A DNA stretch of 64,000 nucleotides from Eledone cirrhosa (lineage: Eukaryota): NCBI GenBank assembly GCA_964016885.1, contig OZ024743.1, positions 135,098,001 through 135,162,000 of the forward strand. The letters run 5' to 3'. Shown here one piece after another: positions 22,401-34,400 of this stretch. Positions within the stretch are counted from its first letter, which is position 1. Each line of letters starts with the position of its first letter. Made by a program: the position numbers and the translations under genes. A model generated the notes under the pieces. It worked only from the letters and a program-made list of their open reading frames with translations, did no database searches and had not been told where the DNA came from.

Positions 22401-25400
22401 CTCGGTGCTGGGTGGTTGGCGTTTGGTGCTTGGTGCTTTGTGTTTGGTGCTTGGTGTTTGGTGTTTGGTGCTTGGTGTTTGGTGTTTGGTGCTTGGTGCT
22501 TGGTGTTTGGTGTTTGGTGCTTGGTGCTTGGTCTTTGGTGCTTGGTGCTTGGTGCTTGGTCTTTGGTGCTTGGTGCTTGGTGCTTGGTGTTTGGTGCTGC
22601 ATGCTTGGTGTTTGGTGTTTGGTTCTTGGTGCTTGGTGCTTGGTATTTGGTGCTTGGGACTTGGTGTTTGGTGCTAGGTGTTTGGTATTTGCTGTTTGCT
22701 CTTTGGTGTTTGGTGTTTGGTGTTTGCTGTATGGTGTTTGCTGTTTCGTGTTTGGTCTTTGCTGTTTGGTGTTTGGTCTTTGGTGCTTGGTGTTTGGTGC
22801 TTGGTGCTTGGTGTTTGGGGTTTGGTGTTTGCTGTTTGGTGTCTGCTTTTTGGTGTTTGGTGTTTGCTGTATGGTGTTTGGTGTTTGCTGTTTGGTGTTT
22901 GGTCTTTGGTGCTTGGTGTTTGGTGCTTGGTGCTTGGTTTTTGGTGTTTAGTGCTTGGTGCCTGGTACTTGTTTTTTGTGATTGGTGCTTGGTGTTCGGT
23001 GTTTGGTGCTTGGCGTTTGGTGTTTGGTGTTTGCCGTTTGGTGTTTGGTGCTTGGTGCTTGGTGCTTGGTGTTTGGTGCTTGGCGTTTGGTGCTTGGTGC
23101 TTGGTGTTTGGTGCCTGGTGCTTGTTGTTCGGTGCTTGGTGCTTGGTGTTTAGTGCTTGGTGCTTGGTGTTTGGGGTTTGGTGCTTGGTGCATGGTGCTT
23201 GGTGTTTGGTGCTTGGTGCTTGGTGTTTGTACTTGGTGCTTGGTGCTTGGTGCTTGGTTCTCGGTGTTTGGTGCTTGGTGCTTGGTGCTTGGTGTTTGGT
23301 GCTTGGAGTTTGGTGCTTGGTGCTTGGTGCTTGGTCTTTGGTGTTTGGTGTTTGGTGCATGGTGCTTGGTGCTTGGTGTTTGGTGCTTGGTGCTTGGTGT
23401 TTGGTGCTTGGTGTTTGGTGTAAGGTGTTAGGTGTTTGGTGCTTGGTGCTTGGTGTTTGGTGCTTGGTGCTTGGTGTTTGGTGTTTGGTGCTTGCTGCTT
23501 GCTGCTTGGGGTTTGGTGCTTGGTGATTGGTGCTTGGTGAATGGTGCTTGGTGCTTGGTGTTTGGTGTTTGGTGCTAGGTGCTTGGTGCTTGGTGCTTGG
23601 TGTTTGGTGCTTGGTGTTAGGTGTTTGGTGCTTGGTGTTTGGTGTTTGGTGCTTGGTGTTTGGTGTTTGGTGCTTGGTGCTTGGTGTTTGGTGCTTGGTG
23701 CCTGGTGTTTGGTGCTTGGTGCTTGGTGTTTGGTGTTTGGTGCTTGGTGTTTGGTGCTTGGTGCTTGGTGCTTGGTGCTTGGTGTAAGATGTTAGGTGTT
23801 TGGTGCTTGGTGCTTGGTGTTTGGTGCTTGGTGCTTGGTGTTTGGTGTTTGGTGCTTGCTGCTTGCTGCTTGGTGTTTGGTGCTTGGTGATTGGTGCTTG
23901 GTGTTTGGTGCTTGGTGCTTGGTGTTTGGTGTTAGGTGCTAGGTGCTTGGTGCTTGGTGTTTGGTGCTTGGTGTTTGGTGCTTGGTACTTGGTGTTTGGT
24001 GGTTGGTGCTTGGTGCTTGGTGTTTGGTGTTTGGTGTTTGGTGCTTGGTGCTTGGTGCCTGGTGCTTGGTGTTTTGTGTTTGGTGCTTGGTGCTTGGTGC
24101 TGGGTGGTTGGCGTTTGGTGCTTGGTACTTGGTGTTTGGTGCTTGGTGCTTGGTGTTTGGTGCTTGGTGCTTGGTGCTTGGTCTTTGGTGCTTGGTGTTT
24201 GGTGTTTGGTGCTTGGTGCTTGGTGTTTGGTGCTTGGTGCTTGGTGATTAGTGTTTGGTGCTTGGAGCTTGGGGTTTGGTGTTTGGTGCTTGGTGCTTGG
24301 TGTTTGGTGCTTGGTGCTTGGTGTTTGGTGCTTGGTGTTTGGTGTTTGCTGTTTGGTGTTTGGTGTTTGGTGTTTGCTGTTTGCTGTTTGCTATTTGCTG
24401 TCTGCTTTTTGGTTTTTGGTGTTTGCTGTATTGTGTTTGCTGTTTCGTGTTTGGTGTTTGCTGTTTGGTGTTTGGTGTTTGGTGTTTGGTGTTTGGTGCT
24501 TGGTGTTTGGTGTTTGGTGCTTGGTGCTTATTTTTTGGTGAGTGGTGCTTGGTGCTTGGTGATTGGTGTTTGGTGCTTGGTGCCTGGTGCTTGTTGTTTG
24601 GTGATTGGTGCTTGGTGCTTGGTGTTTGGTGTTTGGTGTTTGGTGCTTGGTGTTTGGTTTTTGGTGCTAGGTGCTTGGTGCTTGGTGCTTGGTGTAAGGT
24701 GCTTGGTGATTGGGGCTTGGTGTTTGGTGCTTGGTGCTTGGTGTTTGGTGCTTGGTGCTTGGTGTTTGGTGTTTGGTGATTGGTGCTGGGTGCTGGGTGG
24801 TTGGTGTTTGGTGCTTGGTGCTTGGTGTTTGGTGCTTGGTGCTTGGTGTTTGGTGCTTGGTGCTTGGTGCTTGGTCTTTGGTGCTTGGTGTTTGGTTTTT
24901 GGTGCTTGGTGCTTGGTGCTTGGTGTTTGGTGCTTAGTGCTTGGTGCTTGGTGATTAGTGTTTGGTGCTTGGTGCTTGGGGTTTGGTATTTGGTGCTTGG
25001 TGCTTGGTGTTTGGTGCTTGGTACTTGGTGTTTGGTGCTTGGTGTTTGGTGTTTGCTGTTTGCTGTTTGGTGTTTGGTGTTTGGTGTTTGCTGTTTGGTG
25101 TCTGCTTTTTGGTGTTTGGTGTTTGCTGTATGGTGTTTGCTGTTTCGTGTTTGGTGTTTGCTGTTTGGTGCTTGGTGTTTGGTGCTTGGTGCTTGGTGTT
25201 TGGTGTTTGGTGCTTGGTGCTTGGTGTTTGGTGTTTAGTGCTTGGTGCCTGGTGCTTGTTGTTTGGTGATTGGTGCTTGGTGTTTGCTGTTTGCTGTTTG
25301 CTGTTTGGTGTTTGGTGTTTGCCGTTTGGTGTTTGGTGCTTGGTGCTTGGTGCTTGGTGTTTGGTGCTTGGCGTTTGGTGCTTGGTGCTTGGTGTTTGGT

Positions 25401-28400
25401 GCCTGGTGCTTGTTGTTTGGTGCTTGGTGCTTGGTATTTAGTGCTTGGTGTTTGGTGTTTGCTGCTTGGTGCTTGGTGTTTGGTGTTTGGTGCTTGGTGC
25501 ATGGTGCTTGGTGTTTGGTGTTTGGTGCTTGGTGTTTGGTGCTTGGAGCTTGGTGCTTCATGTTTGGTGCTTGGTGATTGGTGCTTGGTGTTTGGTGCAG
25601 GGTGCTTGGTGTTTGGTGCTTGGTGTTTGGTGTTTGGTTTTTGATGCTTGGTGTTTGATGCTTGGTGCTTGGTGCTTGGTGTTTGGTGCTTGGTGCTTGG
25701 TGCTTGGTGCTTGGTGTTTGGTGCTTGGTGTTTGGTGCTTGGTGCTTGGTGCTTGGTGTTAGATGTTTGGTGTTTGGTGTTTGGTGCTTGGTGCTTGGTG
25801 TTTGGTGCTTGGTGCTTGGTGTTTGGTGCTTGGCGTTTGTACTTGGTGCTTGGTGCTTGGTGCTTGGTTCTTGGTGTTTGGTGCTTGGTGCTTGGTGCTT
25901 GGTGTTTGGTGCTTGGTGTTTGGTCCTTGGTGCTTGGTGCTTGGTGTTAGGTGTTTGGTGTTTGGTGTTTGGTGCTTGGTGCTTGGTGTTTGGTGCTTGG
26001 TGCTTGGTGTTTGGTGTTTGGTGCTTGGTGCTTGGTGTTTGGTGTTTAGTGCTTGGTGCCTGGTGCTTGTTGTTTGGTGATTGGTGCTTGGTGTTTGGTG
26101 TTTGCTGTTTGCTGTTTGGTGTTTGGTGTTTGCCGTTTGGTGTTTGGTGCTTGGTGCTTGGTGCTTGGTGTTTGGTGCTTGGCGTTTGGTGCTTGGTGAT
26201 GGTGTTTGGTGCCTGGTGCTTGTTGTTTGGTGCTTGGTGCTTGGTGCTTGGTGTTTGGTGTTTGTTGCTTGGTGCTTGGTGTTTGGTGTTTGGTGCTTGG
26301 TGCATGGTGCTTGGTGTTTGGTGTTTGGTGATTGGTGCTTGGTGTTTGGTGCAGGGTGCTTGGTGTTTGGTGCTTGGTGTTTGGTGTTTGGTTTTTGATG
26401 CTTGGTGTTTGATGCTTGGTGCTTGGTGCTTGGTGTTTGGTGTTTGGTGCTTGGTGTTTGTACTTGGTGCTTGGTGCTTGGTGCTTGGTTCTTGGTGTTT
26501 GGTGCTTGGTGCTTGGTGCTTGGTGTTTGGTGCTTGGTGTTTGGTGCTTGGTGCTTGGTGCTTGGTGTTAGGTGTTTGGTGTTTGGTGTTTGGTGCTTGG
26601 TGCTTGGTGCTTGGTGTTTGGTGCTTGGTGCTTGGTGTTTGGTGCTTGGTGCCTGGTGCTTGGTGTTTGGTGGTTGGTGTTTGGTGCTTGGTGCTTGGTC
26701 TTTGGTGCTTGGTGCTTGGTGTTTGGTGCTTGGTGCTTGGTGCTTGGTCTTTGGTGCTTGGTGTTTGGTGCTTGGTGCTTGGTGCTTGGTGTTAGGTGTT
26801 TGGTGTTTGGTGTTTGGTGCTTGGTGCTTGGTGTTTGGTGCTTGGTGCTTGGTGTTTGGTGCTTGGCGTTTGTACTTGGTGCTTGGTGCTTGGTGCTTGG
26901 TTCTTGGTGTTTGGTGCTTGGTGCTTGGTGCTTGGTGTTTGGTGCTTGGTGTTTGGTGCTTGGTGCTTGGTGCTTGGTGTTAGGTGTTTGGTGTTTGGTG
27001 TTTGGTGCTTGGTGCTTGGTGTTTGGTGCTTGGTGCTTGGTGTTTGGTGCTTGGTGCCTGGAGTTTGGTGCTTGGTGCTTGGTGTTTGGTGTTTGGTGCT
27101 TGGTGTTTGGTGCTTGGTGCTTGGTGCTTGGTGCTTGGTGTAAGATGTTAGGTGTTTGGTGCTTGGTGCTTGGTGTTTGGTGCTTGGTGCTTGGTGTTTG
27201 GTGTTTGGTGCTTGCTGCTTGCTGCTTGGTGTTTGGTGCTTGGTGATTGGTGCTTGGTGTTTGGTGCTTGGTGCTTGGTGTTTGGTGTTAGGTGCTAGGT
27301 GCTTGGTGCTTGGTGTTTGGTGCTTGGTGTTTGGTGCTTGGTACTTGGTGTTTGGTGGTTGGTGCTTGGTGCTTGGTGTTTGGTGTTTGGTGTTTGGTGC
27401 TTGGTGCTTGGTGCCTGGTGCTTGGTGTTTTGTGTTTGGTGCTTGGTGCTTGGTGCTGGGTGGTTGGCGTTTGGTGCTTGGTGCTTGGTGTTTGGTGCTT
27501 GGTGCTTGGTGTTTGGTGCTTGGTGCTTGGTGCTTGGTCTTTGGTGCTTGGTGTTTGGTGTTTGGTGCTTGGTGCTTGGTGTTTTGTGCTTGGTGCTTGG
27601 TGATTAGTGTTTGGTGCTTGGAGCTTGGGGTTTGGTGTTTGGTGCTTGGTGCTTGGTGTTTGGTGCTTGGTGCTTGGTGTTTGGTGCTTGGTGTTTGGTG
27701 TTTGCTGTTTGGTGTTTGGTGTTTGGTGTTTGCTGTTTGCTGTTTGCTATTTGCTGTCTGTTTTTTGGTTTTTGGTGTTTGCTGTATGGTGTTTGCTGTT
27801 TCGTGTTTGGTGTTTGCTGTTTGGTGTTTGGTGTTTGGTGTTTGGTGTTTGGTGTTTGGTGCTTGGTGTTTGGTGTTTGGTGCTTGGTGCTTGTTTTTTG
27901 GTGATTGGTGCTTGGTGCTTGGTGATTGGTGTTTGGTGCTTGGTGCCTGGTGCTTGTTGTTTGGTGATTGGTGCTTGGTGCTTGGTGTTTGGTGTTTGGT
28001 GTTTGGTGCTTGGTGTTTGGTTTTTGGTGCTTGGTGCTTGGTGTTTGGTGCTTGGTGTTTGGTGTTTGCTGTTTGGTGTTTGGTGTTTGGTGTTTGCTGT
28101 TTGCTGTTTGCTATTTGCTGTCTGCTTTTTGGTTTTTGGTGTTTGCTGTATTGTGTTTGCTGTTTCGTGTTTGGTGTTTGCTGTTTGGTGTTTGGTGTTT
28201 GGTGTTTGGTGTTTGGTGCTTGGTGTTTGGTGTTTGGTGCTTGGTGCTTATTTTTTGGTGAGTGGTGCTTGGTGCTTGGTGATTGGTGTTTGGTGCTTGG
28301 TGCCTGGTGCTTGTTGTTTGGTGATTGGTGCTTGGTGCTTGGTGTTTGGTGTTTGGTGTTTGGTGCTTGGTGTTTGGTTTTTGGTGCTAGGTGCTTGGTG

Positions 28401-31400
28401 CTTGGTGCTTGGTGTAAGGTGCTTGGTGATTGGGGCTTGGTGTTTGGTGCTTGGTGCTTGGTGTTTGGTGCTTGGTGCTTGGTGTTTGGTGTTTGGTGAT
28501 TGGTGCTGGGTGCTGGGTGGTTGGTGTTTGGTGCTTGGTGCTTGGTGTTTGGTGCTTGGTGCTTGGTGTTTGGTGCTTGGTGCTTGGTACTTGGTCTTTG
28601 GTGCTTGGTGTTTGGTTTTTGGTGCTTGGTGCTTGGTGCTTGGTGTTTGGTGCTTAGTGCTTGGTGCTTGGTGATTAGTGTTTGGTGCTTGGTGCTTGGG
28701 GTTTGGTATTTGGTGCTTGGTGCTTGGTGTTTGGTGCTTGGTACTTGGTGTTTGGTGCTTGGTGTTTGGTGTTTGCTGTTTGCTGTTTGGTGTTTGGTGT
28801 TTGGTGTTTGCTGTTTGGTGTCTGCTTTTTGGTGTTTGGTGTTTGCTGTATGGTGTTTGCTGTTTCGTGTTTGGTGTTTGCTGTTTGGTGCTTGGTGTTT
28901 GGTGCTTGGTGCTTGGTGTTTGGTGTTTGGTGCTTGGTGCTTGGTGTTTGGTGTTTAGTGCTTGGTGCCTGGTGCTTGTTGTTTGGTGATTGGTGCTTGG
29001 TGTTTGCTGTTTGCTGTTTGCTGTTTGGTGTTTGGTGTTTGCCGTTTGGTGTTTGGTGCTTGGTGCTTGGTGCTTGGTGTTTGGTGCTTGGCGTTTGGTG
29101 CTTGGTGCTTGGTGTTTGGTGCCTGGTGCTTGTTGTTTGGTGCTTGGTGCTTGGTATTTAGTGCTTGGTGTTTGGTGTTTGCTGCTTGGTGCTTGGTGTT
29201 TGGTGTTTGGTGCTTGGTGCATGGTGCTTGGTGTTTGGTGTTTGGTGCTTGGTGTTTGGTGCTTGGAGCTTGGTGCTTCATGTTTGGTGCTTGGTGATTG
29301 GTGCTTGGTGTTTGGTGCAGGGTGCTTGGTGTTTGGTGCTTGGTGTTTGGTGTTTGGTTTTTGATGCTTGGTGTTTGATGCTTGGTGCTTGGTGCTTGGT
29401 GTTTGGTGCTTGGTGCTTGGTGCTTGGTGCTTGGTGTTTGGTGCTTGGTGTTTGGTGCTTGGTGCTTGGTGCTTGGTGTTAGATGTTTGGTGTTTGGTGT
29501 TTGGTGCTTGGTGCTTGGTGTTTGGTGCTTGGTGCTTGGTGTTTGGTGCTTGGCGTTTGTACTTGGTGCTTGGTGCTTGGTGCTTGGTTCTTGGTGTTTG
29601 GTGCTTGGTGCTTGGTGCTTGGTGTTTGGTGCTTGGTGTTTGGTCCTTGGTGCTTGGTGCTTGGTGTTAGGTGTTTGGTGTTTGGTGTTTGGTGCTTGGT
29701 GCTTGGTGTTTGGTGCTTGGTGCTTGGTGTTTGGTGTTTGGTGCTTGGTGCTTGGTGTTTGGTGTTTAGTGCTTGGTGCCTGGTGCTTGTTGTTTGGTGA
29801 TTGGTGCTTGGTGTTTGGTGTTTGCTGTTTGCTGTTTGGTGTTTGGTGTTTGCCGTTTGGTGTTTGGTGCTTGGTGCTTGGTGCTTGGTGTTTGGTGCTT
29901 GGCGTTTGGTGCTTGGTGATGGTGTTTGGTGCCTGGTGCTTGTTGTTTGGTGCTTGGTGCTTGGTGCTTGGTGTTTGGTGTTTGTTGCTTGGTGCTTGGT
30001 GTTTGGTGTTTGGTGCTTGGTGCATGGTGCTTGGTGTTTGGTGTTTGGTGATTGGTGCTTGGTGTTTGGTGCAGGGTGCTTGGTGTTTGGTGCTTGGTGT
30101 TTGGTGTTTGGTTTTTGATGCTTGGTGTTTGATGCTTGGTGCTTGGTGCTTGGTGTTTGGTGTTTGGTGCTTGGTGTTTGTACTTGGTGCTTGGTGCTTG
30201 GTGCTTGGTTCTTGGTGTTTGGTGCTTGGTGCTTGGTGCTTGGTGTTTGGTGCTTGGTGTTTGGTGCTTGGTGCTTGGTGCTTGGTGTTAGGTGTTTGGT
30301 GTTTGGTGTTTGGTGCTTGGTGCTTGGTGCTTGGTGTTTGGTGCTTGGTGCTTGGTGTTTGGTGCTTGGTGCCTGGTGCTTGGTGTTTGGTGGTTGGTGT
30401 TTGGTGCTTGGTGCTTGGTCTTTGGTGCTTGGTGCTTGGTGTTTGGTGCTTGGTGCTTGGTGCTTGGTCTTTGGTGCTTGGTGTTTGGTGCTTGGTGCTT
30501 GGTGCTTGGTGTTAGGTGTTTGGTGTTTGGTGTTTGGTGCTTGGTGCTTGGTGTTTGGTGCTTGGTGCTTGGTGTATGGTGCTTGGCGTTTGTACTTGGT
30601 GCTTGGTGCTTGGTGCTTGGTTCTTGGTGTTTGGTGCTTGGTGCTTGGTGCTTGGTGTTTGGTGCTTGGTGTTTGGTGCTTGGTGCTTGGTGCTTGGTGT
30701 TAGGTGTTTGGTGTTTGGTGTTTGGTGCTTGGTGCTTGGTGTTTGGTGCTTGGTGCTTGGTGTTTGGTGCTTGGTGCCTGGAGTTTGGTGCTTGGTGCTT
30801 GGTGTTTGGTGTTTGGTGCTTGGTGTTTGGTGCTTGGTGCTTGGTGCTTGGTGCTTGGTGTAAGATGTTAGGTGTTTGGTGCTTGGTGCTTGGTGTTTGG
30901 TGCTTGGTGCTTGGTGTTTGGTGTTTGGTGCTTGCTGCTTGCTGCTTGGTGTTTGGTGCTTGGTGATTGGTGCTTGGTGTTTGGTGCTTGGTGCTTGGTG
31001 TTTGGTGTTAGGTGCTAGGTGCTTGGTGCTTGGTGTTTGGTGCTTGGTGTTTGGTGCTTGGTACTTGGTGTTTGGTGGTTGGTGCTTGGTGCTTGGTGTT
31101 TGGTGTTTGGTGTTTGGTGCTTGGTGCTTGGTGCCTGGTGCTTGGTGTTTTGTGTTTGGTGCTTGGTGCTTGGTGCTGGGTGGTTGGCGTTTGGTGCTTG
31201 GTGCTTGGTGTTTGGTGCTTGGTGCTTGGTGTTTGGTGCTTGGTGCTTGGTGCTTGGTCTTTGGTGCTTGGTGTTTGGTGTTTGGTGCTTGGTGCTTGGT
31301 GTTTTGTGCTTGGTGCTTGGTGATTAGTGTTTGGTGCTTGGAGCTTGGGGTTTGGTGTTTGGTGCTTGGTGCTTGGTGTTTGGTGCTTGGTGCTTGGTGT

Positions 31401-34400
31401 TTGGTGCTTGGTGTTTGGTGTTTGCTGTTTGGTGTTTGGTGTTTGGTGTTTGCTGTTTGCTGTTTGCTATTTGCTGTCTGTTTTTTGGTTTTTGGTGTTT
31501 GCTGTATGGTGTTTGCTGTTTCGTGTTTGGTGTTTGCTGTTTGGTGTTTGGTGTTTGGTGTTTGGTGTTTGGTGTTTGGTGCTTGGTGTTTGGTGTTTGG
31601 TGCTTGGTGCTTGTTTTTTGGTGATTGGTGCTTGGTGCTTGGTGATTGGTGTTTGGTGCTTGGTGCCTGGTGCTTGTTGTTTGGTGATTGGTGCTTGGTG
31701 CTTGGTGTTTGGTGTTTGGTGTTTGGTGCTTGGTGTTTGGTTTTTGGTGCTAGGTGCTTGGTGCTTGGTGCTTGGTGTAAGGTGCTTGGTGATTGGGGCT
31801 TGGTGTTTGGTGCTTGGTGCTTGGTGTTTGGTGCTTGGTGCTTGGTGTTTGGTGTTTGGTGATTGGTGCTTGGTGCTGGGTTGTTGGTGTTTGGTGCTTG
31901 GTGCTTGGTGTTTGGTGCTTGGTGCTTGGTGTTTGGTGCTTGGTGCTTGGTGCTTGGTCTTTGGTGCTTGGTGTTTGGTTTTTGGTGCTTGGTGCTTGGT
32001 GCTTGGTGTTTGGTGCTTAGTGCTTGGTGCTTGGTGATTAGTGTTTGGTGCTTGGTGCTTGGGGTTTGGTATTTGGTGCTTGGTGCTTGGTGTTTGGTGC
32101 TTGGTACTTGGTGTTTGGTGCTTGGTGTTTGGTGTTTGCTGTTTGCTGTTTTGTGTTTGGTGTTTGGTGTTTGGTGTTTGGTGCTTGGTGCTTGGTGCTG
32201 GGTGGTTGGCGTTTGGTGCTTGGTGCTTGGTGTTTGGTGCTTGGTGCTTGGTGTTTGGTGCTTGATGCTTGGTGCTTGGGGCTTGGTGTTTGGTGCTTGG
32301 TGCTTGGTGCTTGGTGTTTGGGGCTTGGTGCTTGGTGTTTGGTGCTTGGTGCTTGGTGTTTGGTGTTTGCTGTTTGGTGTTTGGTGTTTGCTGTTTGGTG
32401 TTTGCTGCTTGGTGTTTGGTGCTTGGTGCTCGGTGCTGGGTGGTTGGCGTTTGGTGCTTGGTGCTTTGTGTTTGGTGCTTGGTGTTTGGTGTTTGGTGCT
32501 TGGTGTTTGGTGTTTGGTGCTTGGTGCTTGGTGTTTGGTGTTTGGTGCTTGGTGCTTGGTCTTTGGTGCTTGGTGCTTGGTGCTTGGTCTTTGGTGCTTG
32601 GTGCTTGGTGCTTGGTGTTTGGTTCTGCATGCTTGGTGTTTGGTGTTTGGTTGTTGGTGCTTGGTGCTTGGTATTTGGTGCTTGGTGCTTGGTGCTTGGT
32701 GATTAGTGTTTGGTGCTTGGTGCTTGGGGTTTGGTGTTTGCTGCTTGGTGCTTGGTGTTTGGTGCTTGGTACTTGGTGTTTGGTGCTAGGTGTTTGGTAT
32801 TTGCTGTTTGCTGTTTGGTGTTTGGTGTTTGGTGTTTGCTGTATGGTGTTTGCTGTTTCGTGTTTGGTCTTTGCTGTTTGGTGTTTGGTCTTTGGTGCTT
32901 GGTGTTTGGTGCTTGGTGCTTGGTGTTTGGGGTTTGGTGTTTGCTGTTTGGTGTCTGCTTTTTGGTGTTTGGTGTTTGCTGTATGGTGTTTGCTGTTTCG
33001 TGTTTGGTGTTTGCTGTTTGGTGTTTGGTCTTTGGTGCTTGGTGTTTGGTGCTTGGTGCTTGGTTTTTGGTGTTTAGTGCTTGGTGCCTGGTACTTGTTG
33101 TTTTGTGATTGGTGCTTGTTGTTTGGTGTTTGGTGCTTGGCGTTTGGTGTTTGGTGTTTGCCGTTTGGTGTTTGGTGCTTGGTGCTTGGTGCTTGGTGTT
33201 TGGTGCTTGGCGTTTGGTGCTTGGTGCTTGGTGTTTGGTGCCTGGTGCTTGTTGTTCGGTGCTTGGTGCTTGGTGTTTAGTGCTTGGTGCTTGGTGTTTG
33301 GTGTTTGGTGCTTGGTGCATGGTGCTTGGTGTTTGGTGCTTGGTGCTTGGTGTTTGTACTTGGTGCTTGGTGCTTGGTGCTTGGTTCTTGGTGTTTGGTG
33401 CTTGGTGCTTGGTACTTGGTGTTTGGTGCTTGGAGTTTGGTGCTTGGTGCTTGGTGCTTGGTGTTTGGTGTTTGGTGTTTGGTGCATGGTGCTTGGTGCT
33501 TGGTGTTTGGTGCTTGGTGCTTGGTGTTTGGTGCTTGGTGTTTGGTGTAAGGTGTTAGGTGTTTGGTGCTTGGTGCTTGGTGTTTGGTGCTTTGTGCTTG
33601 GTGTTTGGTGTTTGGTGCTTGCTGCTTGCTGCTTGGGGTTTGGTGCTTGGTGATTGGTGCTTGGTGTTTGGTGCTTGGTGCTTGGTGTTTGGTGTTTGGT
33701 GCTAGGTGCTTGGTGCTTGGTGCTTGGTGTTTGGTGCTTGGTGTTAGGTGTTTGGTGCTTGCTGCTTGCTGCTTGGTGTTTGGTGCTTGGTGATTGGTGC
33801 TTGGTGTTTGGTGCTTGGTGCTTGGTGTTTGGTGTTAGGTGCTAGGTGCTTGGTGCTTGGTGTTTGGTGCTTGGTGTTTGGTGCTTGGTACTTGGTGTTT
33901 GGTGGTTGGTGCTTGGTGTTTGGTGTTTGGTGCTTGGTGCTTGGTGCCTGGTGCTTGATGTTTTGTGTTTGGTGCTTGGTGCTTGGTGCTGGGTGGTTGG
34001 CGTTTGGTGCTTGGTGCTTGGTGTTTGGTGCTTGGTGCTTGGTGTTTGGTGCTTGGTGCTTGGTGCTCGGTCTTTGGTGCTTGGTGTTTGGTGTTTGGTG
34101 CTTGGTGCTTGGTGTTTGGTGCTTGGTGCTTGGTGATTAGTGTTTGGTGCTTGGAGCTTGGGGTTTGGTGTTTGGTGCTTGGTGCTTGGTGTTTGGTGCT
34201 TGGTGCTTGGTGTTTGGTGCTTGGTGTTTGGTGTTTGCTGTTTGGTGTTTGGTGTTTGGTGTTTGCTGTTTGCTGTTTGCTATTTGCTGTCTGCTTTTTG
34301 GTTTTTGGTGTTTGCTGTATGGTGTTTGCTGTTTCGTGTTTGGTGTTTGCTGTTTGGTGTTTGGTGTTTGGTGTTTGGTGTTTGGTGCTTGGTGCTTGGT

